NCBI GenBank assembly: GCA_951406725.2
Contig: OX597826.1
Span: 40,238,001-40,302,000, forward strand
Source of the DNA: Octopus vulgaris
Taxonomy: Eukaryota
Direction: 5' to 3'
Length of the DNA stretch: 64,000 bases
Under the pieces are notes generated by a model, which did no database searches, was not told the origin of the DNA, and worked only from the letters and a program-made list of their open reading frames with translations. Made by a program: the position numbers and the translations under genes. This document shows positions 26,240 through 39,858 of the stretch, piece after piece (position 1 is the stretch's first letter; every line of letters starts with the position of its first letter).

Positions 26240-29200
26240 TCATACAAACAGATTACAACTGGATACGGGTAATGATATTACGATAATTAATACAGATACA
26301 TGGAGAAAAAGTGGGAAACCTCGATTAAAGGAAACTTCGAAAATTGCGAGGGGCAAAATGATAAATGGTGTCACATTTGATGGAAAAACCTTGACAGCCA
26401 AAGTTTTTATGTTGAAAAATATGACAAATTTATTTGGAACACACTGAATGGAACTATTTAATTTATGGGACCTCCCCATAAATATTTCTTTGTAAAAATG
26501 TGAATGGTTCTTCTGCCAGTATAAGGCGTCGGAGGATTTAAAAAAAGAAAAAGAGAATTTTTAAAAGATTTTTCTAAAGATTTTTTTCTGATGAATTGTG
26601 TCTTTGCACCAAAACAGATGCGAAGTTTCAAGTGAAAGAAAACGCAATACCGGTTTCTAAACAAAAGCGAGCGGTATCTTTCGCAGCGTTAAAGCAAGTC
26701 AACGAAGAATTGGATAGAATTGAAAAGCTTGGCGCTAATGAATAATTGACTACACAAAATGGGCCTCTCCAACAGTTTATGTCAAGAAAAAAAAAATAAT
26801 AAAATCCGAGTATGCGCAGATTTTCCAACGGGATTAAACGAATATTTGATGCCATATAATTACCCGTTACCAAGTGCGGAGGAAATTTTCACGAAGTTGA
26901 ACGAAGAAAAACTTTTTTAAAAGTTGAACCTATCTGAAGCATATTTACTGGTAAAAGTCGATGAGGAATGTTCAAAATTATTGACAGTAAATATCCATAA
27001 ATGGTTATATAAATTTAATCGACTCTACTTTTGTACAAAGATAGCACCTGACATTTTCCAACAAGTTATGGATATTATGCTCGCAGGTTCGGATTTTGTT
27101 GTAGCATAACTTGACGGCATACTCAAAAAGTGAATCTCGGTGTCGAAAGAATAAAAGATTAAAGGTTTAAGCACGGCGAGGAAATTTGTGAATCTTTTAT
27201 GCCAAGAACAAAATATCTAGGACAGATTATTGATCAAAAGGAACGCAGACCTGACCCGTCTAGGGTGAGTGCAATAAAAAATCTGCCTCCCCCAACAAAC
27301 ATTACAATGTTACAAGCATTTTTAGGGCTCGCAAATTACTACTAAGTACAAATAGCGAATATGCACGATTTAAGAGCACTCCTGAATAACTTGTGAAAAA
27401 AAGTCGTTAAGTGGAACTGGTTGGACAAATGCCAAAAAGCTTTTGATGATATTAAAAACGTCTTAATGTCGGAATTGTCATTATCGCATTTCGACCGGAA
27501 TTCAGAAATTGTAGTGGCAGCAGATGTTAGTGAAAGTGGTATTGGAACAGTGATTTTACACAAATATGAAGACGGTAGCCCGAAAGCAGCAGCTCATGCT
27601 ATGTATTTATTATTGCCGGTTGAAAAACTTACAGTCAAATAGATAAAGAGACATTCGCCACCATATCTGCGGTAAAAAATTCCATAAATTTATACATGGA
27701 AGAAGGTTCTGTCTCCATACTGACCACTACCCATTATCGTCGATCAATGGATCAAAAAAGGGTATCCCCACGCGTACAGCCAACAGATTGCAGCGCTGGG
27801 GAACGATCCTACTGACATGAAAATGGAATATTTGCCATCGAAAAAAATGAGACTTGCAGATGGTTTGTCAAGGTTAATACCAAAATACAATGAACCACTA
27901 GAAAACACAGTGAAAGCAGCGTTAAAAACTGAAAATGAAATAAAATATGTATTGTGCAATGTTGTGCGTGAATTGCCTGTGATATTGGAGGAAATAATTC
28001 AAGGCAGAGACGGACGAGGTTTCCCTAAAAAGGAAAATATAGTGATATCAGAAGAAACAAATAATACAATACGTATGGCTGGGCGTAACACAGTTTCGAA
28101 TTTGTATTCGATATGTGATAATGTGCTTATATATGCACAGAGGTTCGTAATGCCCATCTCGCTACAAGGTCGAATGTTTAAGGAATTCCACACTGGAAAT
28201 CTAGGAATATCTAGGATGAAGTCGCTTATGAGGGGTTATGTCTACTGGCCAAAAATGGATTTAGATATTGAGAAGTTGATAAAGTTTTGCAGAGGTTGTA
28301 CTCTTGCAGCGAAATGACCATCTATAAAATTTCAACCTTGATCCAAGACCGATTTTCCATGGTCCAGATTACACATAGACTTCGCAGGACCGTTGAACCG
28401 AGCATATTATCTAATAGAGGTAAATAGCTTTACTAAATTATCAGAAATGTGTAAAGGTAGACAACCGACATCCACGGTAACAGTGGAATTTCTACACGAA
28501 CTTTTTGTTAAGTATGATGTCCTGGATACCATAGTCACCGATAACAGTACACAATTCACGGCGAATGAATTTGAGAATTTTTGCAAGATGTACTCACTTG
28601 ATACGCCTCCGTATCGCCCAATATCAAACGGGCAAGCGGCAAGGTTCGTGGATACATTTAAAAGAACATTAAGGAAATCAAGAAACGGTCTAGTCGATGA
28701 TGCAGCATTGACACAATTGTTGAGGGTTTATAGGATAGCACCAAACCCCAAAACTTCTTCAGGTAAATTGCCTGCGAAACAAAACTTTGCTCGAAAAATG
28801 AAGTCAATTTTTTGCAGGCTGTTACCAGTAGGAAAAACAAATAGGGAAAACAATAAATATACAAAACATTTTAATATCGGTCACAAGGTGTTTATCAATA
28901 TATACAAAAATGGTAGAAAAGTTTGGGAAAACGGAGTAGAAATCAACAGAATAGGCAAAATGACATATGATAAGAGGCAAATATGGTACATAAGAGACAC
29001 TATAACTAGCTAAAAAATAGATATACGGAAAAAAGAAAGGAAATACCCGTGGACGTGTTCTTGGCGTAACAGTACAAGAAAGAGGAAACAAACAGAACGG
29101 TTGGAAGTAGTGCCTAAACGGAAGAAATATTAAACTTTGCTTAGAGGAAAATTTCAAAAAGGGAGATGTAATGAAAGAAAAATAAATGAATAAAAATAAT

Positions 29201-29530
29201 AATATTAACTCCAACAGAAGTCAATCTCAAAATGGTGGTAGGTGTTGTGGCGGGAGTGATTGACACGTCTGGGCGATTCGCAGAATGGACTAGCCGAACT
29301 CTTGTAAAAAGTAGCGTAAGATGTCGTTGAGAGGTCGTTTTGTGAGTGTCGCAAAATACGTTGTGTGAACACATTTATTTAACCTCCGGTGCATTAAATT
29401 ACAAATCCAACGTTTGTCACGGATATAAAAAAAAAAAACTTCAATGCCTTCTCCATTCTTCTTGATCGGTAAGCTAATACACCTGCTTGTTGTTCTTTCA
29501 CCTGTCTTCGTGTTTTCTTTTCTGTAAATT

Positions 29531-29536
<6 letters not shown>
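26240..29536 (+). mobile_element. Degenerate Ty3/Gypsy (Mag/K02A2.6-like) LTR retrotransposon, 5'-truncated: PR-RT-RH-IN, PPT and putative 3' LTR
   Basis: Protease LQLDTGNDITII. RT NLSEAYL..KFNRL..APDIFQQVMD. RNase H VAADVSESGIGTV. Integrase H..GISRMKSLMRGYVYWP..CRGC, FPWSRLHIDFAGP, IVTDNSTQF, SNGQAARFV. Polypurine AAAAAGGGAGA then TGTAA at 29167 starting a ~370 bp putative LTR. Confidence 0.92.
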
Positions 29537-29615
<79 letters not shown>

Positions 29616-29925
29616 CATATATATGTATATACATACATATATATATACATACATATATATATATAATATATATATATATATATAATATATATATTATATA
29701 TATATATATATATATTCAAATGACGACGAAAGTAAACAAACAAACGAAGTTTGCTTTAGAAGCGTTGAGTGTCTTAGAAATCTAAAGGAGTAATTTTTTT
29801 ATTCTTAAACGCAGGATAAAGCTAATAATATAGCATAGACTACCCCTATTTTGCAGAAAAAAGTGTTGGCGGCCAGCCACGAGAAACTTTTTTCTGCAAA
29901 ATAGTGGTAGTTTATCCTGTTCAGG

Positions 29926-29982
<57 letters not shown>

Positions 29983-30399
29983 AGTTTTATCAATAATAAA
30001 ATGGAGAGAATTAAGCTATAAATTTTTTTTTAATGTTGGTCGTTATGGGACAAAAAAAAGAAGCAGAATGAACATTCCATTACAAAAATACATAGTACTA
30101 CTCTGCTATTGTCAAATAATTTTGAAGGTAAATCGTGAAAAAGAGAACAATTTCAACAATTTGACATGATTAATTGTTACTCATAATTATATAGAAGACA
30201 CTTAGTCGTGCTCAAATGATTCAAACTTAGATTCCGATGGCTTAACTATTATATTTAATATATTAAATATATTTAATGTATCTAATCTGTTTTCTCCCGT
30301 CCTCTTTCTCTCCCCCTCTCTCTCTTTACACACACACACACACACACACATACATAGCATATTAGTGATTCCAATGACAAAACTTTAAAATACGATGAA

Positions 30400-30720
30400 C
30401 GGTTGATCTTGATACTCGTATCTCACGCATTGCGTGCTGGACAAATTTTCTTGAACTCTGGCACTACGCATCTCATACACCCACCACCGTGTTTTGTGGG
30501 CTTTTCGATGTCAACAGTCTCCCGGAACGTTGTTAGTGGGCATTCTGAAGAGTTCCGTCTGCTTCAAACTCATCTTTAATTCCAATGATTGTACGCTGCA
30601 TTGGCAGATCAGATTGAAGCTCCTTCCAAAACTATATTTATACTTCGAGTGCATTTTCATTTTCAAAGTTCTCAGAATTTCTCTGATAAATTGTCTTTCA
30701 TATTTCGAAAGAGTTAAAAA
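30400..30720 (-). mobile_element. N-terminal HTH fragment of a DD41D-like transposase
   Basis: Minus-strand reading ENALEV*I*FWKELQSDLPMQRTIIGIKDEFEADGTLQNAH*QRSGR resembles the DUF4817-type N-terminus. Probably related to the 25610 fragment. Confidence 0.6.
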
Positions 30721-30737
30721 TAATGGAAGTTAAGTGA

Positions 30738-30905
30738 GACAACCGGTTGTCTACGTCCCCATAATTTAGTAGTTCCATCACAGAGACCAACAGGTTAAGT
30801 TTCAACCTTAAAAAATAAATAGTACTGGAGATGACACGTTCGACAAAACTGCATAACGGTGATGTCCCGGTGTGGCCTCAGTCTAACGGCTGAAACGAAT
30901 AAAAG
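30738..30905 (+). mobile_element. SINE family A, old degraded 3' half
   Basis: GACAACCGG...TACGTCCCCATAATTTAG...TGGCCTCAGTCTAACGGCTGAAAC. Confidence 0.6.
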
Positions 30906-31251
30906 GTAAACTGTGTCTCTTTGTCTGTTTGTCTATCTGTCTGTCTATCTGTCTGTCTGTCTGTATATATGTATGTATGTATGTATGCAGGTAGGTAAGT
31001 AGGTAGGTAGGTAGGTGTGTAGGTATGTGTGTGTAGGTATGTATGTATGCAGGTAGGTAGGTAGTTAGATAGGTAAGTAGGTAGGTAGGTTGGAAGGTAT
31101 GTATGTATATATGAAAATATGCCAAATATTAGTTGAGAATTATCGAAAGTGTAGCAACACCATTTGGCTGTGACCCAGCAAGCCCAGAGCCCCAGAGCAG
31201 AGACTATTAAAAGAGTAAAATAGAGTAAAGTATGTATGTATGTATTTATTT

Positions 31252-31286
<35 letters not shown>

Positions 31287-31321
31287 TGGGGAGGGATAAA
31301 TAGACAGACAAACAGACAGAC

Positions 31322-31397
<76 letters not shown>

Positions 31398-31406
31398 GTA
31401 CATGTC

Positions 31407-31680
31407 TACGAGTTGTAGTCGGGTAGCTTTGAAACTTTTTTCCTAGAGAGATGTCTATTAATTTCTAAGTAGTACAAAACTCTAATCTACTTTAAAGTAA
31501 CGTATTCTGAATTTAATGCATTTGTTATAACGCGCCCGCTACTTCGTCAAAAGAACTGCCCCTGACATCCTCTTTCATGTTGGTGAACAACCAAAAGTCA
31601 CAGGGAGCAAGGAGTGTGAGGAATAATTTTGATACTCGTATCTCTCAATAGGTTACCGGGATGGAACGATGACAAATATT
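31407..31680 (-). mobile_element. Mariner C-terminal remnant
   Basis: Minus strand at about 31570-31611 encodes LAPCDFWLFTNMKE (YSPDLAPCDFWLF motif). Confidence 0.55.
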
Positions 31681-31954
31681 GCTTTGTAGGGTGTATTCAA
31701 ATTGTTGTTGAAGCCGTCTTCCTCAATCTGGAATAGAAGATAAATAATAGATGACAGCTCAAGTCATTAGCTGTATAGCAATTATATACAAGAATTACGA
31801 TCTCCAACTTCTAGAACGTGCCCGGTATGTTTATGCGTATGTACACACACGCGCGCACATACACACATACACACTCACACATATGTATACAGATATGTTG
31901 TGATTCTAATTTGACATGATTCTCTTTATATTTCTAAATTTCATTATCTATGTG

Positions 31955-32021
<67 letters not shown>

Positions 32022-32052
32022 TAATAATAATAATATAAATAATATATATATA

Positions 32053-32108
<56 letters not shown>

Positions 32109-32123
32109 TATATCTATATATAT

Positions 32124-32428
32124 GGAGGCGCAATGGCCTAGTGGTTAGGGCAGCGGACTCGCGGTCGCAGGATCGCGGTTTCGATACCCAGACCGGGCAT
32201 GTGTGTGTTCATTGAGCGAAAACACCTAGAAAGCTCCACGAGACTCCGGCAGGGGGTGGTGATCCCTGCTGTACTCTTTCACCACTCTTTCTCCCACTCT
32301 TTCTTCAGTTGGCCTGCTCGCTTAGCCAGCGGGGTGGTGTCATTCGAAGGCTAAAACAATGCGAACGCATTGTGACCAGCGATGTGTAACAACATCTGAT
32401 GGTCTGGTCGGTCACGTGATCACGTGAT
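32124..32428 (+). mobile_element. tRNA(Arg)-like-derived SINE (family D), full-length, in (TA)n
   Basis: GGAGGCGCAATGGCCTAGTGGTTAGGGCAGCGGACTCGCGGTC...GGTTTCGATACCC head with A/B boxes and a TCG anticodon position. Unique body and CACGTGAT repeat tail. Confidence 0.85.
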
Positions 32429-32663
32429 ATATATATGTATGTATGCATATGTGGGCACAGGACGTAATGAAACGTGCACAAGAAAGAAGTACGAGGACTT
32501 TGGCAAAGTTGAAGTAATGAATCGTATTATTACTAGTAGTGTTATAAGAGTTATTATTATTATTACTAATACTACTGGGATATTGGATTTTCTTGCTAAG
32601 GCTGAGTTATAATAAGGTGCGTGTATATTTAATATATTTTCATTTGCGGATAACTTGGATATT

Positions 32664-33400
32664 CTAGCCGAGATGTTGTCCCCTTATTATTGATGGTGGA
32701 TGATTCGATCCAATATTGATGTATTTTAGGTTCTCATTAGGTTTATGGAACGGTTCGTTTACACCAGTATCCGAGTCAAAACTAGCATCTAAAAAGTTGA
32801 CTCTACGGTATTCATTCATTATCGTGATGGAGAGTCCATTATTTTTAAAAAACTTAAATAGAGATTTTTGTCCTTTTCGCGCTGTACTTTTCCTACATCT
32901 ATGTAGGAAGAATAATGCGTCATCTTTGTATAGGCCTCCATTCAATTCAGGAATATATAATTGTATCTGGCATAGGATGTAAATTCCTACAAGGTCAGTT
33001 ACTTCTGCAGAATCAAATGATCACATAGTTATATTTACTTTTAGAACGATAATAGGGGATTAAATAAGGGTTATCTCCCTTCATTCGCTTTGTATCGGTG
33101 CGTACGTTATGTTTGTTATCAATAATTATTTTACGACTAGAATATATCTACATTATTGAATTTACAATTAGACTGAGTAGAATTATTGTAGAACATTTTC
33201 TCTATATAACCTGCTTTAATTAAGGCAGAGTTATAGAATTCAGCGTTATCATTGACAATATCAACATTAGCAGATAATTTAGATAATCTAAATGAAATAT
33301 TCTTAACTAAGTTCTTAGTAATTGCTCTAGGATGATCACTAAATTTGCTAATGTACTTAAGATTGGTCAACCGTTTACGATATGGGAAGTAAGAGTCTCA
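32664..33400 (-). mobile_element. Penelope-like element RT fragments (two partial, rearranged pieces)
   Basis: GGLYKDDAL...VNFLDASFD...FHKPNENLKYINIGSNHPPSII (PLE RT, YRDD-type), plus an upstream piece LKYISKFSDHPRAITKNLVKNISFRLSKLS...ALIKAGY. Confidence 0.85.
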
Positions 33401-33761
33401 ATTTCGATACCATATGACAAAGGCAAGGAATTCTGTCTTCTCTGCAATTCTGAGCTATTTTTCATTATTTTTTTCTAAAAATCCCCTAGTAAACACGGTT
33501 ATAGAGCTAGCATACAGATGTAAACATTGGCAAAAACACACCTTTAGTGCATATAAGTAGTCTCTATCATTATATATAATTCAAACTTTAATTTCCTTTA
33601 TATTTAACATTCACTATTAATATCCCTACTCTTTCTGTAAGCTACTTATGACGTTATATCATATAACGTTTGTTTAAACAATATTAATAGCGTTCAGTTA
33701 ATCGCTATACAAATCCATCAATTTTTGCTAAAATGTCTTATTGACGAGTTTCGATTTTTTC

Positions 33762-33847
33762 ACTTTCCTGAAGAGAAGATTGCATTGTTTATACCATTTA
33801 TTCTTTTGTATAGTATCAGTGGAATTTTCGAAACATGTATCGAAAGT
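33762..33847 (+). ncRNA. Degenerate hammerhead ribozyme motif
   Basis: ACTTTC-CTGAAGA-G AAGATT...AATTTT C-GAAAC-ATGT-ATC-GAAAGT. 6-bp stem I, but a mismatch at the stem III base. Downstream CTGCGTTAAGCTCC matches CTGCGTTCAGCTCC in the 41060 module. Confidence 0.55.
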
Positions 33848-34067
33848 AAAAATATTTGATTTACACCTGCGTTAAGCTCCGTTTATTTATTCATATATTA
33901 TACAAAAAATTCCACGTAATCACAAAGTTTCTACCTTTATAAACAAGGAGTTACAACCTCTTTACTTGTGAGATTTTTGCTACCCTAGTAACTATTTATT
34001 TATTTTTTCCGTGTTAATTGTTAACAAGGTAAAAATACACTCATCTATTTATATACATATATATACA

Positions 34068-34103
<36 letters not shown>

Positions 34104-34104
<1 letters not shown>

Positions 34105-34300
34105 TTTATTTTAAGCAGCAGAAAATTCAACAAAATCTGTTACTCTGAGTTTCTCGTTGCCGTTCATCAGACAGTTTTTTGCTAGAATGGAACTCATATA
34201 TTAATATATGAGTTCCATTCTAGCAAAAACTGTCTGATGAACGGCAACGAGAAACTCAGAGTAACAGATTTTGTTGAATTTTCTGCTGCTTAAAATAAAG
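34104..34300. repeat. Near-perfect 197 bp palindrome (inverted pLTR-like foldback) between (TA)n tracts
   Basis: Arms 34104-34202 and 34203-34300 are identical in reverse complement except one T/A homopolymer indel. No spacer. Confidence 0.97.
34230..34267 (+). ncRNA. Minimal type I hammerhead ribozyme (mirror copy on - strand at 34137-34174)
   Basis: CTGT-CTGATGA-ACGGCAACGA-GAAA-CTCAGAG-TA-ACAG. Stem I CTGT/ACAG; stem II CG-GCAA-CG; stem III CTC-A-GAG; predicted cleavage after GUA (34263). Confidence 0.8.
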
Positions 34301-34369
34301 CATATTACTCTACCACTGGTATTTGAGTACTCTTTTTTCCACCTTGTTTCACATTTATGTGTTTACTTC

Positions 34370-34477
<108 letters not shown>

Positions 34478-34877
34478 AAAATAAGTAAAGGTAGAAAATG
34501 CTAAAGTAATTTTATCATGAAATACATTTTGTATTGGTTATTACCGGTTCCTGTCTTTTTGACGTTTTCAATTAAGTGTAAAACAAAGGTGGATATTAAT
34601 GAAAAACTAAAACAATTAAATTGAAGAAAAAATTAGATGTTTTATAAATATTTCCATGGTTTTCACTACATCTCTCCCTCTCTCTCTCTCTCTCCCTCTC
34701 TCTCTCTCTTCCTCTCTCTCTCACTCTCTCCCTCATCCTTTGTGTCGTTCGTATGATAGGCAGTAGCACATCTGAAAAATTGTATTTATGGGTGCAAAGA
34801 AGTATTTGGTTCTAAAGTTTGATGACTTAAGTATCTGCAGCAGCCGAAGAAGGAAAAGGCGAAGAAGAGGGGTGGTG

Positions 34878-34960
<83 letters not shown>

Positions 34961-35189
34961 AAGAAGAAGAAGAGAGTGGTAACACCCAGTAGTAAAAGCT
35001 GTACGTGGAATGTTTTACGGTCAAGTGGCCTCAGACTGACATGTTGCGACTCGTTGTAGTAGCAGTAGGGATTGTTTTAAATAAATTCGTGGCTAGCGAC
35101 TGTTCTAAATATATCTATCGTTTTTAATATTTCCGTCGTTATTCTTCCCAGATCCTTGTAGTAGTGTCATCTGTGGTGGAAGCATTCAA

Positions 35190-35890
35190 AAGAGGTTTAT
35201 ATTTTGCGATAAAATATATTTCTTTGCTAATGCGCTGATTATAGGTTGCATTGTCCCTAAACTTACAGTAGGGAAAATTCTAAAGTTGGGTTGTTCTTTA
35301 GTTGCGCAAATGTCGATGCTATTTTTCTGTATTGCCGTATTTTAATTTGGGATCTATGTGCTGTCATCCTCTTGCGTAGACTGCTTTTAGTTTGACCAAT
35401 GTAATGCTCTCGACACCCTGGGCAAGTTAACACATACATCAGGTATTCTGAAGCACATGTGAAGTTGATTTTTACTGTAAAACGTTGACCTTGTCTGAAG
35501 GATAACTCCGATCCCTCAATTAGGGTTACACATATACCACAGTTGAGTCTTCTGCATTCTTTACTGTCGGTATCCATGTTGTTGACGAGTGTACTTGGGC
35601 TTGTGTTAGATTGCATTTCCTTGACTTGGACTGTCTTTTGCTCCTTGCGTGCGTTTGGAGGATTTGATTCATTCTATGGTCCCTTTCTGGTAAAAAATAT
35701 TCTGGAGGATGATGTCGAAGGGCTCATTGTTTAGGAGATTCCGTGTGGATAGGTATAGTAGGGCTTATAGTTGTAATTCATTCTTTGGTTTGGGATATCT
35801 TAATTCGTGGGTGTTGAGTTGTAGGGCATGTTGAAAACCTATATCAGTTAGTGTTGCTGTTGATGAGTATATCCTTTAGCTCATGTAGTC
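35190..35890 (-). mobile_element. Penelope-like element C-terminal GIY-YIG endonuclease remnant
   Basis: CRRLNCGIC...NFTCASEYLMYVLTCPGCREHYIGQTKSSLRKRMTAHRSQI: GIY-YIG with a preceding Cys linker, Neptune-like. Confidence 0.88.
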
Positions 35891-36015
35891 ATGTAATCAT
35901 GCGTCCCAGGTGCTAGTATCAGATACTATAATGCAAATCTTTTCGGTCACGTTGAAATAGATATTCATTATAGTGTGTCTGTGTTGGCGTAAGTTGAACG
36001 GTAGATATTTCTTAG

Positions 36016-36064
<49 letters not shown>

Positions 36065-36892
36065 ACGTATATGCATGAGTACATATGCATGTGTGTTTGC
36101 ATGTACATGCATGTATGTGTTGACATATGTAAGTATCTATGTATATATAGATTATAGATGTATGTATAAGCATATGTATATGCTTGTTGGTATCTAAGTA
36201 TGCATATATGTGTGTGTGCGCGTGCATATGTATAACGATTTATGCCAAAGTAGAATCCATTATTAAATGTTCAATAACTGCAGCAAATTTCCAATACCAC
36301 TTATAATTAATTAGAAATAATGCATACATTTATAGGTACGCACTCACGGATACTAACAACTAAACACTGATATAACTGGGCAATCACATTTATACGCGTA
36401 TCACTCACTCACAACACCTACTTTACAACCCCAGCGTAGAAATTTTACAGATACATGGAACCAAAGTAACTACTGGCCTTCTGCTCCATGGTGATAGACA
36501 TTATAGAAATAGCAAGTTTGGCATTCTGTCTTAATGTCTTGACATTGCATAATACATCCTGCAACTTTAATTTCTAAGTTAAGATTCGAATAACATTTGC
36601 TGAGATATCTTTAATCACATGTCTGTTCAATTTGTCTTGCCTGATATATGTCTAAAGGAGAACATCAACAACATGGACGCAATCGCACAAATCTCATAAA
36701 TTTATCCATCCGTACATATAAGACTAGTCACACATGAACACACACAAGTACAGCTAGCACCCACCCACTCATTTTTCTGTGCATGTATATATATATATAT
36801 GTATGTATATATCTATATGTGTGTACATATATATATGTGGGGGCGTGTATGTGTGAGTACATGTGAGTGTGTGTGTGCGTGTGTGTGTTCGT

Positions 36893-37085
36893 CTGTCTCT
36901 GCTTGTTCCACACCACCGCTTGACAACCCCGTAACTTAGCGATCCGAATAAAGTGACTGATAAAATAAGTACTGGCCTTTTAAATAGAAGGTACTAGAGT
37001 CGATTCGTTCGGTTAAATATTCTTGAAGGTGGTGCTTCAGCATGGCCGCAGTCTAATGAATGAAGCAAAACAAATGAAAGAAAAA
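36893..37085 (+). mobile_element. SINE family A, 3' half
   Basis: CGCTTGACAACCCCGTAACTTAGCG...GGTGGTGCTTCAGCATGGCCGCAGTC. Confidence 0.75.
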
Positions 37086-39564
37086 AAGGAGGAAAACATA
37101 TTCATAGACATATAAGTTATTTACACACACACGCACACACACACATACATGTATATATGTGTGTATGTGTGCGTGCACGATAGAATGTGTGCGCGTGTGT
37201 GTGAAATAAACTGTGGAATAAGGGAGTAGTCAAAGCAGTCTTCTTTCTCCCGCCAAACAGATTGACTTTTGGTAACAAATTTTGAAGAAGTTTCAATATT
37301 CTACCCTTCAGTATTCTACCCTTCTTATTTGGTGTTTTCTGCTGCCACCAAAAGACTTTTTACTTTCACTGGAGGTGGAAAAAATTTTAATAAATCAAGA
37401 GCTATTTAATATGTATTTTAATAAATCAAGAGCTATTTAATATGTATCAGAGCACTGTCCCCTTGTGAGATGTTGTTTGTAATTTTGTTATTTAGCCCCC
37501 ATATCAGCCTTCATTGAGCAAATCTATGCCTGCTGGCACCATCCTGTTATCATTTTATACAGAAGACATTTCAGCTAAATTTTGTTGCAATTTCTAGTAT
37601 TTCGAACGGATACATAGAGGCACACTTGTTTACTAGCCATAATGGAAGGTAATAAAAACATGTCTTTAGAACGCTTACATAAAGACTGCAGCCAATTGCG
37701 ATAAAAGCAAATAAATTTACTTGAACGACTCTCCATCCAAACAGCGTTAACTGACATCTCCAACAAATTATTGATACACATTTCCTCCGTCACAAATTAA
37801 GTGTCACGACATGTAAGTTAGGTATTTGTTAGATGTGATGAAAATGGAAGTCGATGTAATAATGCTTAAATCCCATAAGGAAAACCAAAATTATTTCCGG
37901 TTTATATCAAAACCCGCGATTCTTTTACACCATATTGCGCATTCTTTCCGATATTTCTCAAATCAATCCAAATAACAAATGGAATCCAATTATTCGGAAA
38001 GCAGCAGGTGGCTAATGGTTTGGAAAGTCCCAATTTCACAGAAAAAGGATTATATGACACCATAAACATTTTCATTATGACTTTCGTCAGAAATTTTCTT
38101 TGAACTGTGCTAAAATCCTTTTCAATTTGTCAATTAGCAGATATCTACAGCTGAGAACCAACATTACTGCATCTTTTATTTATGGTGCCATACACTATTG
38201 ATTTCTAAGAAAATGATAACAATACACACTTTGATGGCGAGTATAATCTAAAACTAAGTGGTCCCTTACTCCCACAAGTTCTACGAAATGCCCTGATTAC
38301 TACTCTTCCTCCAATCCGCGAGCAACTTAAAAATCCTTTACACTTGGTATTCTTTATTCAATTTAAAATTAAAAAATATGGAACTCGAGAATCTGTACCT
38401 GGTACTTATTTTATCTACTCCGCGAGTTGATAAAAGCATCGACTTCCCATTTCAGTTCATGCCTTAAGGAGTCGTAAATCCATTTCCTCAGACATTTTGT
38501 TACATGTTTCTTTTATTTCTGCGCCACCCGTCCGGCTTATTTGGTGCCTGACAATATTGAATATAATTGAAGAATACTTTATATATATATATATAATTCT
38601 AGTACCCACAATGTAAATTGATATTGGTACATATGTGTGTGTGTATGTGTATTTGTGTGTGTGCGTGTGTATGTGTGTGTGCGTGTGCGTATATGTGTAT
38701 GTATGCATGTATGCACGTACACATGTATGTACATATGTGTGTATATGTATATTGAGAATAAGTATAATTGGAATCACTGGACAATATGGTTAGCAGAGAG
38801 AGAGAGAGAGAGAAAGAAAGAGAGAGAGAGAGAGAGAAAGAAAGAGAGAGATAGAGAGTGAAGGAAAGAGAGAGAAAGACAGAGAAGATGGAGTAAGTTT
38901 TTAAATTTCATATCCACCACTAATTAAGTGAAATTACAAGGACCAATTTCGCTATCGAACGTGTTTTTTCGTATTAATTCATTTCTATACTAATACAACA
39001 CTCTCTCCACTCATTCACCCACTTGCACTACTTTCATAGACATGACCAATCACGTTTGTTCAACTAGTATCAACTTCATCTAATCCAAAGGAATTTCGGA
39101 AAAAAGCCAAAATTAAACAAAAGGAAATAACAGACTTAATATCGAATGTTACTGCTTTATCTCCAATTTTCAAACTCATCTCTAGCATCAATTTTAAAGA
39201 TAGATTTTAACATCTTTCTCATTACTAATGATCTGTTAGGTTTCAATTTTTTTCGCTTTGCTATAATATTTATTTACTTTTTACGTTTTCTGGCGTTTAT
39301 TTTCTTTTATCTATATCTGTATTTTGTTGAGGCAATAATATATGTTAGACAGGCTTTGGGGAAATCTACTCATATTGTCAGAAATGGCTTCAAGGACATA
39401 ATTCTATAACGTTTTAATGAATAATCCAGAACTCCAAATAAGATTGCACGAATCGGTCTGATATCACAGCAGCGAATGATGATGATCAATAACTGAAAAC
39501 GAAACAAGAAACTATAGCGTGTGTGTATGTAGTTATAAATTCCAACTCTGGGTTATTATTACTG

Positions 39565-39628
<64 letters not shown>

Positions 39629-39807
39629 CCTACATTATATCGGCACAGCTCCGTAAAATCCTGCATCAATAGACTGTGACCGGCATAATGGAATAGGTGC
39701 ATTTATATGCATACTCAAAAACATTTCTCGTAGACATTTATACATATATATATATATTACATTTATATATATATATATATATTACATTTATCAAGTATTC
39801 ACCCTGA

Positions 39808-39858
<51 letters not shown>

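Noticed and set aside
25900-26240. Looked for a 5' LTR, PBS and gag for the Gypsy element
   Set aside because: No match to 29167-29536 upstream; the element is simply 5'-truncated.
32124-32200. tRNA-Arg-like gene (also tRNA-like heads at 21219 and 16768)
   Set aside because: No clean acceptor stem or terminator, and each continues into a SINE body.
34535-34580. Possible further degenerate hammerheads here and at about 15020-15060(-), 33740-33753(-), 35060-35095(-), 52750-52775(+) and 53805-53840(-)
   Set aside because: Only one core half is present or several core positions are mutated, so they cannot be told from chance by eye.
37900-38330. Possible CR1/Jockey LINE 3' remnant on the - strand (STVQRKFLTK); similar weak hints at 42480-43000 and 63500-63990
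   Set aside because: Motif similarity is too fragmentary to support a call without a database search.
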